This document shows, in pieces, positions 47,364-56,270 of a DNA stretch of 64,000 bases (positions within the stretch are counted from its first letter, which is position 1; each line of letters starts with the position of its first letter). Both the position numbers and the translations under genes were made by a program. This stretch comes from Candidatus Chazhemtobacterium aquaticus (GTDB taxonomy: Bacteria; Patescibacteriota; Microgenomatia; UBA1400; Chazhemtobacteraceae). The stretch is taken from positions 152,984-216,983 of the forward strand of contig NZ_CP047901.1 in the NCBI RefSeq assembly GCF_009936135.1, given 5' to 3'. The notes beneath the pieces were generated by a model, which was not told the origin of the DNA, ran no database searches, and saw only the letters and a list, made by a program, of their open reading frames with translations.

Positions 47364-48353
47364 ATGCCCGTCCAACAGCATCCCATCCCCCAAAACGTCA
47401 CCAGCTATCAATTCCGCTTAGTTGGCGACATGACTCTCAAACAATTTCTCCAGCTAGCAGCTGGCATAGTCATTGGTCTAGTTATCTACGCCACCCCCCT
47501 TCCTTCCTTCTTCAAATGGCCTCTCATCTCTATCATTGTTGGCCTTGGTGCTGCCATTGCCTTTGTCCCTGTTCAGGGCCGACCCTTGGATCAATGGATT
47601 GTTGCCTTTATCCGCTCCATCTACGCTCCCACCATCTATGTCTGGCAAAAACCCAACAACCAACAACCATCTCTAAACCAAGCTCCCACCTCCATTACGC
47701 AGGCTCTACAATCCTCTCCCCCCACTAGTCCTTCCCCCACTGCCACTCAACCTCAAACCTCAAAAATCGAGCGCCCTAATTTAGTCCCTCAAATCCACAC
47801 CTTAACCAGAGCTACTCCACCCACTCCCAACCCTACTCCACCACCCCAACCCGAACCCCTCATCCCCACTAGCCAAGATATCAAAAAATCAGCCAAAAAC
47901 GTATTTGCTTCACCACCAAAACCAATTGCTGTCACTCCGCAATCTCATCAAAACACCAATCATCAATCAACTCAATCCTCTTCTAAGCCCGCTCCAACCA
48001 CCTCTACCGCTACTGTTTCCGATACACCAGCTCAACCAGGAACCTCCGCTTCCTTCTCAACCGACCTCCCCATCCCCAGCACCCCTCAAACCCCCAACAC
48101 TATCGTTGGCATGACTCTCTCCCCACAGGGTAAAATCCTGGAATCAGTCATTGTTGAGATCCTTAAAAACGGTCAGACCATCCGCGCCACCAAAAGCAAC
48201 AAGCTCGGCCAGTTTCTCTTTGCCAAACCTCTTGATGACGGAATCTTCCAGATTACTGCCGACAAAGACGGTTTCACTTTTCCCCGCTTCGATCTTAAAC
48301 TAGACGGTCAAATCATTCCCCCAATTAAACTCCAAGCCACAGGTACAAAATAA
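47364..48353 (+). CDS. PrgI/VirB3-like T4SS membrane protein fused to a Pro/Thr-rich linker and a C-terminal CarboxypepD_reg-like beta-sandwich domain
   Basis: N-terminal ~100 aa (SYQFRLVGDMTLKQFLQLAAGIVIGLVIYATPLPSFFKWPLISIIVGLGAAIAFVPVQGRPLDQWIVAFIRSIY) fits the PrgI/VirB3 two-TM pattern and precedes VirB4 as in Gram-positive-type T4SS. The C-terminus ...ILESVIVEILKNGQTIRATKSNKLGQFLFAKPLDDGIFQITADKDGFTF resembles CarbopepD_reg/Cna-B folds. Confidence 0.45.
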   Translation: MPVQQHPIPQNVTSYQFRLVGDMTLKQFLQLAAGIVIGLVIYATPLPSFFKWPLISIIVGLGAAIAFVPVQGRPLDQWIVAFIRSIYAPTIYVWQKPNNQQPSLNQAPTSITQALQSSPPTSPSPTATQPQTSKIERPNLVPQIHTLTRATPPTPNPTPPPQPEPLIPTSQDIKKSAKNVFASPPKPIAVTPQSHQNTNHQSTQSSSKPAPTTSTATVSDTPAQPGTSASFSTDLPIPSTPQTPNTIVGMTLSPQGKILESVIVEILKNGQTIRATKSNKLGQFLFAKPLDDGIFQITADKDGFTFPRFDLKLDGQIIPPIKLQATGTK

Positions 48354-48354
48354 C

Positions 48355-49476
48355 ATGATCGACAAAGCCATCAAAGCTACCACCCAAGAACATCTTGATA
48401 TTTACACCATCAAAGAACACTTTGTTATCTTAAAAGACGGTTCAACTGCTCTAGTTCTTCAAATTTCTGCCATAAACTTTGGTCTTCTCTCTGAGGAAGA
48501 ACAAGATGCTCTCATCTTCTCCTACGCCTCACTCCTAAACTCTCTTTCCTTTCCTATCCAAATCATTGTCCGCTCCGTCAAAAAAGATATCACTTCATAC
48601 TTAGAGCTTCTTGATGATCGTCTCGAACAAACCTCTTCTCAAAAGCTCAAAGAGCAGATCGTCAAATACCGCAGCTTCATCAGGAGTCTTGTTAAAAAGA
48701 ACAAAGTTCTTGAAAAAAAATTCTACGTCGTCATCCCTTACAGCTATCTAAGTGTCAATCAAGTCTCCAACAACCTTAATCCACTCGCTAAACCACCCCA
48801 AAAACCACCCCAAGATGTTGACTTTCTCGTTGCCAAATCCAAACAAGAACTCTATCCTCGTCGCGACCACCTCATTCGTCAATTTGCTCGTTTAGGCCTC
48901 CAGTGTCGCCAACTCACCACTCAAGAGCTAGTTACCCTTTTCTACAAAACCTACAACCCCTCCACTCAAGGCATTGAGCAATATCTCACTCTACCCACTG
49001 ACTATGAAACCCCAGCCGTTCAAACCAAAGTCAGAAATCTGTACACCGAAAAAGACACTCCCACTACCCCTATCGCCCCAACACCAACGGCTCCTACTCC
49101 TTCTCCAACCACCCCCACTCAACCCACGACTCCAACTCCACCCATTCCCCCTATTACTCCACACCAAACTACCACCACCCCTCAAAACCAACCTCATTCA
49201 CCTACTCCTCAACCAGTAACTCCACCCAATCCTTCTCCTATCACACCACCAACTCAACCAACCTTTTCTTCTCCATCACCCTCTCCATTACCATCTCCAT
49301 CGCCCACACCCCCGCCAGCCTCACCAACACAAAACCAAACTCTATCCATGCCCACTCCACCATCTACACCCACTAACCCAAACCCCCAAACCTCTCCACC
49401 TCCCGACCCAGCCGACTCAGTTATCCCTCCCTCCCCTCCGGTCACCTCACCGCCTCCACCTTTTCCTTTCTCGTAA
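48355..49476 (+). CDS. VirB4/TrbE N-terminal domain (CagE_TrbE_VirB-like) followed by a Pro/Thr-rich tail; first half of a split VirB4
   Basis: ...LDIYTIKEHFVILKDGSTALVLQISAINFGLLSEEEQDALIFSYASLLNSLSFPIQIIVRS... (the hallmark L.KDGS region of the VirB4 N-domain), then ~160 aa of PTPS low complexity ending at a TAA. Confidence 0.5.
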   Translation: MIDKAIKATTQEHLDIYTIKEHFVILKDGSTALVLQISAINFGLLSEEEQDALIFSYASLLNSLSFPIQIIVRSVKKDITSYLELLDDRLEQTSSQKLKEQIVKYRSFIRSLVKKNKVLEKKFYVVIPYSYLSVNQVSNNLNPLAKPPQKPPQDVDFLVAKSKQELYPRRDHLIRQFARLGLQCRQLTTQELVTLFYKTYNPSTQGIEQYLTLPTDYETPAVQTKVRNLYTEKDTPTTPIAPTPTAPTPSPTTPTQPTTPTPPIPPITPHQTTTTPQNQPHSPTPQPVTPPNPSPITPPTQPTFSSPSPSPLPSPSPTPPPASPTQNQTLSMPTPPSTPTNPNPQTSPPPDPADSVIPPSPPVTSPPPPFPFS

Positions 49477-49538
49477 CACACTTCCTGCCTTGATATACTT
49501 TAACCACTGTCATCAGTATTTAACTTCTTACCCTACAT

Positions 49539-51437
49539 ATGGCTTTCCTGCCCTTTTTAACCAAAAAAACACCCACCCCTAACTCTGCTCCACCACCACC
49601 CAACCTTGCTACCACACCCAAAGCCAGTCCGCTTACTCCACCACTGTCTCAACTAGACAATCAACACACCTCTCCAAATCAACCTCAAAAACCTGGTGGT
49701 GAAGTCAATATCCAAGATATCATCGCTCCTCCTTCAATTGAGGTCGATTTTTCTCACCTAAAAATTGGCTCAACCTACTTCCGTACCATTTTTATTGCCG
49801 GTTACCCCCGCTATGTCTCTGCCAACTGGCTTTCCCCCCTTATCAATTTCGATCACAGTATCGACGTCTCCATGTTCATCTATCCAGTCGAGGTCAAAGG
49901 CACTCTCGAACAACTCCGTCGTCGTATTGCTGAAATGGAGGCCGAGATATCAGCTGACATCGAACGCGGCCGCATCCCTCAAGCCTCAACCCAAGCCCAA
50001 CTAGAAGATGCCAACTCCCTCCAAGAACAACTCGTCAAAGGTATCGAGCGCTTCTTCCAGTTCTCTCTCTATATCACCATTTCTGCAGACTCCAAAAAAG
50101 AACTAGACACCGTCACCAGCCAAGTCCAAAGCCTTCTCGGATCTTTAATCATAGTCAGTAAAATTGCCTCGTATTCTCAAGTTGAAGCCTTCAAATCCAC
50201 CCTTCCATACTGTAAAGACAAGCTTCTTGTTACCCGCAATATGGACACAACCGCTCTCTCCACTACTTTCCCATTTACCAGCTCCGAACTCACCGACAAT
50301 AAAGGCGTCCTTTTCGGAATCAACGAACACAACGAGTCACTCGTCATTTTTGATCGCTTCTCTATGGAAAACGCCAACATGCTCATTCTCGCCACTTCCG
50401 GGGCCGGCAAATCCTACGCCGTCAAAATCGAAATTATGCGCTCCCTCATGTTTGGCACTCATGTCATCATCATCGATCCAGAAAATGAATATGAAATGCT
50501 TTGTAAGGCCGTCGGCGGTAACTACATTGCTTTTAATGTCAGCAGCAATCATAAAATCAACCCCTTCCAACTAGCCGACCCAGACAACAGCTCTGAAGAC
50601 GAGATGGGTTACAAATATCTCTATCTCAACTCTCTGCTCAAAATCATGCTCGGATCTATGTCGGCCGACGAAGACGCCATTTTAAACCAGGCTCTCGTCC
50701 TAGCGTACCAGCAAAAAGGCATCACCCAAGACCCACTCACTCACACTAAAGAACCTCCCCGCATGGAGGACCTTTACAAGGCCTTAATTGGTATGGAGGA
50801 GCCAGAAGCCATTTCTCTATCTCGCCGTCTTGAAAAATACGTTAAAGGGGCCCTTAAAGGCATCTTCGATCAACAAAGCAATGTCTCTATCGACTCACCC
50901 ATCACTGTCTTTACTCTCCGCGAACTCGCCGACGAAATTCGCCCCATTGTCATGTTCATGATCCTGGACTACATCTGGACCCAAATCCGTAAAGAACTCA
51001 AGCGCCGTCTTCTAGTTGTCGACGAAGCCTGGTATCTCATGCGCCACGAAGACTCTGCCAAAGTCCTTCAGGGTTTGGTCAAGCGCGCTCGCAAATACTA
51101 CCTTGGCGTCTCCATCATTTCCCAAAACGCCGATGACTTTTTAGGCTCTCCCTATGGCAAAGCCATTGTCACCAACTCGGCCATTCAGTTTTTAATGAAA
51201 CAATCGCCTGCCGCCATCGACGAAGTTGCCCAAGTCTTCTATCTCTCCCAAGGAGAACGCTCCCTCCTCCTTTCAGCCAATGTCGGAGAAGGCCTCTTCT
51301 TTGCAGGCCAAAACCATATTGCTCTCAGAGTTGTCGGTTCTCCCGATGAACACGCTCTTGCCACCAGTAAACCTCAAGACATCCTCGCCCGCCAACAGCA
51401 GGCCAAGAAGGAACAATCTCTTTCCTCTGCCCTCTAA
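49539..51437 (+). CDS. virB4: VirB4-like T4SS ATPase (central and C-terminal ATPase domains)
   Basis: Begins with a Pro-rich segment, then ...IAPPSIEVDFSHLKIGSTYFRTIFIAGYPRYVSANWLSPLI.... Walker A LILATSGAGKSYAVK. Walker B-like LLVVDEAWYLM (the DEAW characteristic of VirB4/TraC). Confidence 0.7.
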   Translation: MAFLPFLTKKTPTPNSAPPPPNLATTPKASPLTPPLSQLDNQHTSPNQPQKPGGEVNIQDIIAPPSIEVDFSHLKIGSTYFRTIFIAGYPRYVSANWLSPLINFDHSIDVSMFIYPVEVKGTLEQLRRRIAEMEAEISADIERGRIPQASTQAQLEDANSLQEQLVKGIERFFQFSLYITISADSKKELDTVTSQVQSLLGSLIIVSKIASYSQVEAFKSTLPYCKDKLLVTRNMDTTALSTTFPFTSSELTDNKGVLFGINEHNESLVIFDRFSMENANMLILATSGAGKSYAVKIEIMRSLMFGTHVIIIDPENEYEMLCKAVGGNYIAFNVSSNHKINPFQLADPDNSSEDEMGYKYLYLNSLLKIMLGSMSADEDAILNQALVLAYQQKGITQDPLTHTKEPPRMEDLYKALIGMEEPEAISLSRRLEKYVKGALKGIFDQQSNVSIDSPITVFTLRELADEIRPIVMFMILDYIWTQIRKELKRRLLVVDEAWYLMRHEDSAKVLQGLVKRARKYYLGVSIISQNADDFLGSPYGKAIVTNSAIQFLMKQSPAAIDEVAQVFYLSQGERSLLLSANVGEGLFFAGQNHIALRVVGSPDEHALATSKPQDILARQQQAKKEQSLSSAL

Positions 51438-51482
51438 TACCTCGCTGCTGTAAACTGTAACCATCACCAATCCCGATTATCT

Positions 51483-54104
51483 ATGGAAAGCCATAAAATC
51501 CACGAACTTACCCAAGAACTTCGCCTTTTACGGACTCTTCCTCAAAGTCCAGACGTTCTCGACCAAATCAACTCTATCTACGAGCAACTATCTAGCCTTG
51601 GTATCAATCCACAATCCGTTATCACCAATCTTGAACATGAAGCACTTCTACAATCCCATAGCGGCGCTGATGTCGACCTCCTCGCTCTCCTTACTGGCCA
51701 GCAGAATCTTCTCACTGAAAAACTCAATCTCGACAAAAGCAAGCTTACTGATAAACAGATAGCCATCATCGAACTTTTAGTGGAACGCCGCCGTCGCCAA
51801 ATCTTACGCGACAAATTTCAAGCCAAACTTGATCAGCAAAAACAATTAAGGTCCCAGCTTTCTTCTGCTCTATCAGGCAAACCAGAAACTGACCCCAGCC
51901 GCACTAATACACAAGACGCCACCACTCTGATTGAGCGTAAACAGCTCACCACCAACACCACTCTTTCTTCCGATCAAACAAAGCAAGCTGTTGCCCAACT
52001 TTCTTCCGACTTAGTCACTCTCAGCGCCCTCACACCATCTCTACCCCACGCAACCCCCGACTTCGACGAAGAAATCAGTCCTCAACCACTATCCCCCCTT
52101 GGTATTGCTCTCATCACAGAACTTGCTTTCGCTAAAGTCGCCGGACCATCCTACTCATCACCTAGTACAGAACTAGAAACAATCATTGATCAAATCGTTC
52201 GACCAGCTACTGAAACAGATTATCAAATCACCATTACTAATTCAGACCAAGATCAACTCACCTACGACCACACTGGATACGTAGTTGTTCAAGATCAATC
52301 TCTAACCGAAGCAATCACCCAACCAGCTATCCTGCAAACACTCACCACCCTTTCCATACCACCCGAGCACAACCCACTAGTTGCCGACCTAGCCTCATCA
52401 GCTTATCGAGATGCTCCCGAACAAGATCCTCTCATCACCGATGCTATTCCCAAGCACCAAATAAGTAATACATATGCCACTGTCAGTATTCTCACCAATC
52501 AAACACTCTCACGCCAACTCAATCAAGCCACTGGTATCAAATCCAACCAAGCTGAAACTCTTATCATCTCAGAAATAGGCCAACAACCTGTCAGGTCCTT
52601 CCAAGATTTGTCGAGTATTGGCCACTCTATTCATCCCTCACCCTACGCTGCTGCCGCTGCCGCCGTCTCTACCTCTTTCCCTCAACAAAACACTCTCAGT
52701 CCAGAACTAGCCCGGCTTCTAGGTAGAGGTATCTCCTCAGATCAAATAATTGCCACTGCTCAATCAGCTCTTAATAAACGTGGTGCCAAATTCTCCCCCG
52801 ATCAAAGACGCCTTCTCTCCCAACTTGTAAGCCAGGCTCGTTCTGTCAGTAAACCTTTAGAGACAGATTTGCTCGCCTCAGCCAAACCTCGACTCTTTGG
52901 CGCCAGGGTTCCGCGCTACATCGAACGCTTTAATTCATATCTTAACGGCTCTAGAAACAAATTCCTGTCTGCTTTCTCAGGTAGATATGCTCGTTTTTTC
53001 CAAGCCGCTACCAATCCTATGGGTTTCGCCTCCAGTCAACTTGGAACCTACGCTGGCAAGCGCATCGCCAGCCACCTAGCCGGCAAACTTAGCTCCACCG
53101 CTCTTAAAGAAGGTTTTGGCATCATGGCCAATCAAGGCTTTAAACAGGGTATCAACTTCTTAAGCCAAGAAGCGGCCAAAAAAGTTGGTGCCAAGTTACT
53201 CTCAAACGCCGCCGTTCACGCCCTCGCTCAATCATTAAACGTCATTCCAGGACTAGGTATCATCGTCGACATTGCCCTCACTCTGGCTATGGCTGCTATC
53301 GATAAAATCAAAAACTCTCTTCACCAACTAGCCATCTCTCTCTATGGCAGTAAAATCGACGCTAAAGAAGCTGCTGCCGGAGGAGCCGCCTTTATTGGTG
53401 GAGCGATTGTCTCAGGAATCGCCCTTGTTGGTCTCGGTGCCCAAGCAGCTCTAGCTGCCACCTTTACCGCTGCTGCCTCCGCTTTCGCAACTCTCTTTTT
53501 TGCTGCTGCTGCTGCCATCATTATTTACTTAAGTGCTTTTAACATAGCTCCCATTATTTCCACCATCGCTCAACTAGACTCAGGCCTGGGTACTTCCGGT
53601 TATGGTTCCAATCTCAATGTTGACTACGGCGAATACACTGGCCCAGTCATCCCAGGATGCCATCCAATCTGGCCAACCAATACTGGAGAAATTATTCAAG
53701 GCCCGTATGGATCCTTCTCACACAAAACCATCGAGGCCATCGATGTCGATGCTCAAACCGGCGAACCAGTTTACTCAATCTCAGACGGGGAAGTTATTGC
53801 TGCTGGCTGGGCTATCTCAGAACCTGTTTACGGCAACTGGGTTATCATTCAGTCTACCATTCAAGGTAGAACCTATCGCGTTTTATACGGCCACTTATCA
53901 ACTTGGAATGTAGAAACTGGACAGCAAGTATCTACCGGCGACCCTATTGGAGCTGTAGGTGCTACCAGCTCTGTTGGACTTTATCAAAACTCCCACCTAC
54001 ATCTTGAGTATCGCGGGCTAGTCTATAACGAATGTCCGGCAGCTGGTCAACAAATTCGCAATGGTTGCTATGGCTTTGCATCCTGTGGAAGCATAGCTTG
54101 GTAA
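51483..54104 (+). CDS. T4SS-associated cell-wall hydrolase candidate: N-terminal coiled region, hydrophobic Ala/Gly-rich membrane segment, C-terminal M23 (LytM-type) metallopeptidase domain
   Basis: C-terminal ...GPYGSFSHKTIEAIDVD...YGNWVIIQS...LYGHLS...GDPIGAVGATS...NSHLHLEYR has the M23 H..D and HLHxE motifs. A long hydrophobic stretch sits at ~aa 610-690. Directly downstream of VirB4. Confidence 0.55.
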   Translation: MESHKIHELTQELRLLRTLPQSPDVLDQINSIYEQLSSLGINPQSVITNLEHEALLQSHSGADVDLLALLTGQQNLLTEKLNLDKSKLTDKQIAIIELLVERRRRQILRDKFQAKLDQQKQLRSQLSSALSGKPETDPSRTNTQDATTLIERKQLTTNTTLSSDQTKQAVAQLSSDLVTLSALTPSLPHATPDFDEEISPQPLSPLGIALITELAFAKVAGPSYSSPSTELETIIDQIVRPATETDYQITITNSDQDQLTYDHTGYVVVQDQSLTEAITQPAILQTLTTLSIPPEHNPLVADLASSAYRDAPEQDPLITDAIPKHQISNTYATVSILTNQTLSRQLNQATGIKSNQAETLIISEIGQQPVRSFQDLSSIGHSIHPSPYAAAAAAVSTSFPQQNTLSPELARLLGRGISSDQIIATAQSALNKRGAKFSPDQRRLLSQLVSQARSVSKPLETDLLASAKPRLFGARVPRYIERFNSYLNGSRNKFLSAFSGRYARFFQAATNPMGFASSQLGTYAGKRIASHLAGKLSSTALKEGFGIMANQGFKQGINFLSQEAAKKVGAKLLSNAAVHALAQSLNVIPGLGIIVDIALTLAMAAIDKIKNSLHQLAISLYGSKIDAKEAAAGGAAFIGGAIVSGIALVGLGAQAALAATFTAAASAFATLFFAAAAAIIIYLSAFNIAPIISTIAQLDSGLGTSGYGSNLNVDYGEYTGPVIPGCHPIWPTNTGEIIQGPYGSFSHKTIEAIDVDAQTGEPVYSISDGEVIAAGWAISEPVYGNWVIIQSTIQGRTYRVLYGHLSTWNVETGQQVSTGDPIGAVGATSSVGLYQNSHLHLEYRGLVYNECPAAGQQIRNGCYGFASCGSIAW

Positions 54105-54120
54105 AATTATTACAAACTAC

Positions 54121-55158
54121 ATGAACAACATCACCAGCTCTCTTCACCAAACCATCTTAGTACTTCGTAAGACCAAGTTTGTCATCCTTGCTGGTATAGT
54201 CTTAGTTCTCCTTATTCTCGTTATTATTCAACAACAATCTCGCCAGACACTAACCCAACCACAACCCACAACACCACCACCTTCCCCCAATCTACCCACT
54301 CCACCACCAGACCGAGACTTGAAAATTGTCTGGAATATAACTCAACCCTCGCTTCCCCAAAGTCTTCCTTACTACCAATCAAACCCTGTAACCTTCAACA
54401 CTCAGTATACCGACAACTTCGTCTCTTACCTCGGCTTTGCTCCAAATCATCTTCTTTCTACAAATCCGCACACTCGTCTCTGGGTAAACGATCAATTATC
54501 ACTCAATATAAATCTTCCTTACGGACCACTAACTTTCATCAACAGCTCACTTCCAGACTCAACCTCACCACCATCTCTCGATTTCCTACTTCAATCAGCC
54601 ACACAGCATCTAAACAACATCTTCCCTGCTCTCCAAATCAATCCGGACCTCAAAAATATTAAATATCTAGCCACAGACCCAAATACTACTGCTTTTAAAG
54701 AGACTACTTCAGACCAAGCTGAATATACCTTAATTGGCTTCTATCAAACCATCGAGTCACTTCCAACCATCGCACCGTCAAGTACTACCACCCCCATCAC
54801 CATCGTTCTAAACAATTATGGGCAGATTCAACAACTGGAAGTTATATCAATCATCAATCAACATCAAAAAATATCTGGCAATATATCACTCCTCTCTTTT
54901 GAAGAACTTATGCAAATAGCACCCCAACAAGCTATTAAAATATCCTCCGACAAAATAGACACAGAAACCAATCTAACCAAAGATAAAGATCAAACACTTA
55001 CAGTTAACCAATTAGACCTAGTCTATCTATCCATCTCTAATGACGACATTCTCCAACCTGTTTTCCGTCTCACTGGTACACTTTCCACTTCCACCACATC
55101 CTTCCCGGCTGTCTTTATCGTTCCTGCTTTCGCCAACTCAACAAATCCTCAAAACTAA
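54121..55158 (+). CDS. bitopic membrane protein (N-terminal TM, PT-rich linker, extracytoplasmic domain); possible VirB8-like T4SS component
   Basis: TM FVILAGIVLVLLILVII, then PPPSPNLPTPPP, then a ~270-aa domain. The VirB8-like call rests only on size, topology and position. Confidence 0.3.
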   Translation: MNNITSSLHQTILVLRKTKFVILAGIVLVLLILVIIQQQSRQTLTQPQPTTPPPSPNLPTPPPDRDLKIVWNITQPSLPQSLPYYQSNPVTFNTQYTDNFVSYLGFAPNHLLSTNPHTRLWVNDQLSLNINLPYGPLTFINSSLPDSTSPPSLDFLLQSATQHLNNIFPALQINPDLKNIKYLATDPNTTAFKETTSDQAEYTLIGFYQTIESLPTIAPSSTTTPITIVLNNYGQIQQLEVISIINQHQKISGNISLLSFEELMQIAPQQAIKISSDKIDTETNLTKDKDQTLTVNQLDLVYLSISNDDILQPVFRLTGTLSTSTTSFPAVFIVPAFANSTNPQN

Positions 55159-55160
55159 TA

Positions 55161-56270
55161 TCAACTCTGTACTCTCACTGGCATAATAATATGGACCCAT
55201 TCTTCACCCTCTTCTCGAAAAACTCCTGGTTTCAATGATCCCTCGCTTTCAATTATTACCTTATTCGCTCTCACCACTCCTAAATACTCAAGCAAATACC
55301 GACTGTTAAATGCCATCTCTACCTCCTCACCCTCAGTCTCAACATCTATACCAGTCTCACTACTTCCCAACTGCGGACTGTTAGCACTCACCTTTAGCTG
55401 ATTATCACCCATCTTCACCTTCACAATATTTGCACTCTCCCTAGCGAATATAGATGCCCTTTTAACCGCCTCTGTTAGCTCTTCCCGACTTACCAACACT
55501 CGAGTCGAATAACTCTCCGGCATTATCTGTTCAAAGGGCGGAAAATCGCCAGCAAGCAACCGGCTCACTATCTCAATCTCACCAATCTTAAAAATTACCT
55601 GTTGTTTATTAATCTCAAACTTAATCAACACTGTTTTAACTTCCTGTTTATCTACTATTCTTACCAACTCCAACAATGCTCTTGCTGGCAAAATCAGCTT
55701 ACTCAAGCCCTCCTTTTCAACCGATAATCTTAAACCTCCAATCCCCAGTCTGTATCCATCAGTCGCCACCAATCGAATTCTATCCTTCTCAAACTTCCAC
55801 AACACTCCCATTAACACCGGACGCGCATCGTCTTTAGCAACAGCCACACCAACTCGCTCTATTTCCTCAACCAACTCTTCTACTCCAATTTCAATATCAC
55901 ATTTACCTGAAAAACTCGGAATCGAAGGATACTCTCCCGAAGCCATACCTGCCACCATAGACCTAATTCCATTAGTCTCTATCACCAAACTATCTTTATC
56001 AACTTCTAAATCAACCGGACCAGCTGGTAATGTCCCCACCAGCTCACTCAACACCCTTCCTGAAACACTCACTTCACCTTCCTCTCTAACCTTTGCCCCT
56101 ACTTTAATCCGAAAACTAATCTCTAAATCAGTACTTAAAATCTCAACTCCACCAGCCGTTGATCTGATCAATACATTTGCCAACACTGGCAATTGAGGTC
56201 TACTCGCCACTCCTCTACCAACCACAGCAAGCGCATTACTTAAGCGTTCATTCAAAATCGTTACTTTCAT
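55161..56270 (-). CDS. dnaN: DNA polymerase III beta sliding clamp DnaN
   Basis: MKVTILNERLSNALAVVGRGVASRPQLPVLANVLI... with the three-domain length typical of DnaN. Located immediately downstream of dnaA. Confidence 0.85.
   Translation of the reverse strand: MKVTILNERLSNALAVVGRGVASRPQLPVLANVLIRSTAGGVEILSTDLEISFRIKVGAKVREEGEVSVSGRVLSELVGTLPAGPVDLEVDKDSLVIETNGIRSMVAGMASGEYPSIPSFSGKCDIEIGVEELVEEIERVGVAVAKDDARPVLMGVLWKFEKDRIRLVATDGYRLGIGGLRLSVEKEGLSKLILPARALLELVRIVDKQEVKTVLIKFEINKQQVIFKIGEIEIVSRLLAGDFPPFEQIMPESYSTRVLVSREELTEAVKRASIFARESANIVKVKMGDNQLKVSANSPQLGSSETGIDVETEGEEVEMAFNSRYLLEYLGVVRANKVIIESEGSLKPGVFREEGEEWVHIIMPVRVQS

Noticed and set aside
47700-49700. Pro/Thr/Ser-rich repeated DNA (47.7-48.1 kb, 49.06-49.47 kb, 49.56-49.70 kb; also 54.24-54.32 kb) considered as a tandem-repeat or CRISPR-like array
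   Set aside because: The repeats are imperfect, have no regular unit or spacer structure, and sit in-frame inside long CDS as low-complexity linkers. No CRISPR repeat-spacer architecture exists anywhere in the window.
33771-55158. Interpretation as a conjugative plasmid or ICE transfer module
   Set aside because: No relaxase, VirD4 coupling protein, VirB11, oriT-like inverted repeats or plasmid replication or partition genes were found in the window. The only mobility gene is an IS481 transposase, and the locus is flanked by core chromosomal genes (SpoIID-like, dnaN). Treated instead as a chromosomal T4SS-like pilus system pending whole-genome inspection.
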